From: Chiloscyllium plagiosum
Lineage: Eukaryota
NCBI RefSeq assembly: GCF_004010195.1
Contig: NC_057724.1
Coordinates: 54,564,490-54,628,489, forward strand
Direction of reading: 5' to 3'
DNA: 64,000 nt
Position numbers and translations under genes: made by a program. Below the pieces are notes generated by a model. It was not told where the DNA came from. It did not search any database and saw nothing but the letters and a program-made list of their open reading frames with translations. This document shows, one piece after another, positions 62,130 through 64,000 of this stretch (position 1 is the first letter of the stretch; every line of letters starts with the position of its first letter).

Positions 62130-64000
62130 CAGTAACTGCTTGCTATATATTTTGTGTTGATCTACATTCAAGAAAACACAAGTAACATCTCAGAAATAGC
62201 TCCATTCCAGGAATTGGAAGGGAAGGAGAAACTCAAGAAAATTACAATTGCCAGAGAAGGTGCACTAGGTTGTTAGAACTTTAAGCTGACAAATTCCTGG
62301 GTACTGATTTGGCCTTAAAATATATAGCTGTTGAAATAGTTGGTGCATTGATATTAATTTTCCAAAACCCATTTGGGAAGGTTGAAAAATAACTAAAGTA
62401 ACTCTTTTATTCATAAAGGAAGGGAGGCAGAAAGTAGGCAACTCTAGGCAGTTACCTTAACATTCAGTGTCAGGAAAATTCTAGAAACTTTTATTAAAAT
62501 TGTTATAATCAGGCACTTGAATATGTTCAATGTAATCAGACAGAGCCTACATGGTTTTGTTAAATGGAAATGATGTTTAACTAAATTATTGGCATTCTTT
62601 AAGAAATAAATTGTGCTGTAAATAAAGGGGAACCAGTGGCAGTAGATTTCCAGAAGTTCATAGCTCCTTGAAAGTATGGTCGCAGGTAGATAGGATAGTG
62701 AGGAAGGTGTTTGGTATGCTTTCCTTTATTGGTCAGAGTATTGAGTACAGGAGTTGGGATGTCATGTTGCAGCTGTACAGGACATTGGTTAGGCCACTTT
62801 TGGAATGTTGTGTGCAATTCTGGTTTCCTTCCTATCGGAAGGATTTTGTGAAACTTGAAAGGGCTCAGAAAGATTTACAAGGATGTTACCAGGGTCGGAG
62901 GATTTGAGCTATACGGAGAGGTTGAATAAGTTTAGGCTGTTTCCCCTGGAGTTGGAGGCTGAGGGGTGACCTCATAGAGGTTTATAAAATCATGAGGGCC
63001 ATGGATAGGATAAATAGACAAAGTCTTTCCCTGGGGTCGTGGATTTCAGAACTAGAGGGCATAGGTTTAGGGTGAGAGGGGAAAGATATAAAAGAGACCT
63101 AAGGGGCAACTTTTTTATGCAGAGGATGGTATGTGTATGGAATGAGCTGCCAGAGGAAGTGGTAGAGGTTAGTAAAAATTGCAACATTTCAAAGGCATCT
63201 GGATGGGTATATGAATAGGAAAAGTTTGGAGGGATTTGGGCCGGGTGTTGGCAGATGGGACTAGATTGGGTTGGGATATCTGGTCGGCATGGACGAGTTG
63301 GATTGAAGGGTCTGTTTCCATGCTGTACATCTCTATGATTCTAAGACTCTAAGGCATTTGATAAGGTACCACATCAAAGGTTATTGCAGAAAACAAAAGC
63401 TTGTGGTTTATAGGGTAACATATTGACATGGGTAGAAGAATGGTTGGCTAAGAAGAAGCAGAGAGTAGGAATATGTGGGTCTCTTTCAGGCTGGCATGAT
63501 GTCATGAGTTGTGTGCCACAGGAATCAGTCCTGGGCTTCAGTTCTTTTTATTATTTATACAAATAATTCAGCTGAAGAGACCGAAGGTATGGTAAGTAAA
63601 TTTGCTGAAGTTACAAAGACAGATAGGGAAGGAAGTTGTGAAAAGGACATAAGGAGTCTACAAAGGCATATGGATAGATGATATATGTGGGCAAAAGATC
63701 TGGCAAATGTGGGCAAAAGATCTGGAGTATAAAGTTCAAAATTGGAAAATAATCCATTTTGATAGAAAGAATAAAAACGGAGCATCTGAATGGTGAGAGC
63801 TTGCAGAGCTCTAAGATGCAGAGATATCTGGGGTCCCAGTGCATGAATCATGAAAGGTTGGTATACGGCTACAGCAAGTAACTTGGAAAGCTGATAGAAG
63901 GTTATGTTTTATTGTGAGGGGAATTGAATACAAGAGTAGGTAAATTATGTTTTGGTTATACAGGACTTGGTTAACACTGCATCTGGAGTACTATGTAGAG
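62130..64000 (+). mobile_element. Old CR1 ORF2 (RT region) split by a younger CR1
   Basis: GNSRQLP, HGFVKWK*CLTKL, DFQK|AFDKVPHQRLL, SCVPQESVLG, SKFAEVTK motifs in order. Confidence 0.85.
62657..63350 (+). mobile_element. Younger CR1 3' end nested in older CR1
   Basis: ORF 62668-62907 QVDRIVRKVFGMLSFIGQSIEYRSWDVMLQLYRTLVRPLLE; near inverted homolog of 26662-27300. Confidence 0.95.

Overview
AT-rich, repeat-dense vertebrate DNA. The repeat set (HE1/V-SINE-type SINEs, many CR1 LINE fragments, Penelope-like elements) points to a shark or other elasmobranch; this is inference from repeat content. No intact protein-coding gene can be supported: the ORF track is mostly decayed CR1, Penelope, Harbinger, Gypsy and Tigger relics or microsatellite read-through. 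There is one unassigned candidate exon at 61448-61554 (-) and a 670-N assembly gap at 53289-53958. The most interesting signal is a set of Penelope-like terminal repeats from about four families. Each carries a minimal hammerhead-ribozyme core (CUGANGA-stemII-GAAA) whose stem III is replaced by a short palindrome. Family A repeatedly forms small, often fold-back, insertions with fixed asymmetric ends and 12-19 bp target-site duplications. Hammerheads in Penelope-like elements are already known in general; whether these shark families and this insertion pattern are described cannot be judged without a search. Also reconstructable are fossil Harbinger elements (Myb/SANT gene plus transposase), an internally deleted LTR element and many nested insertions. 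Family assignments come from recognising motifs by eye, and repeat boundaries are approximate unless a TSD is quoted.
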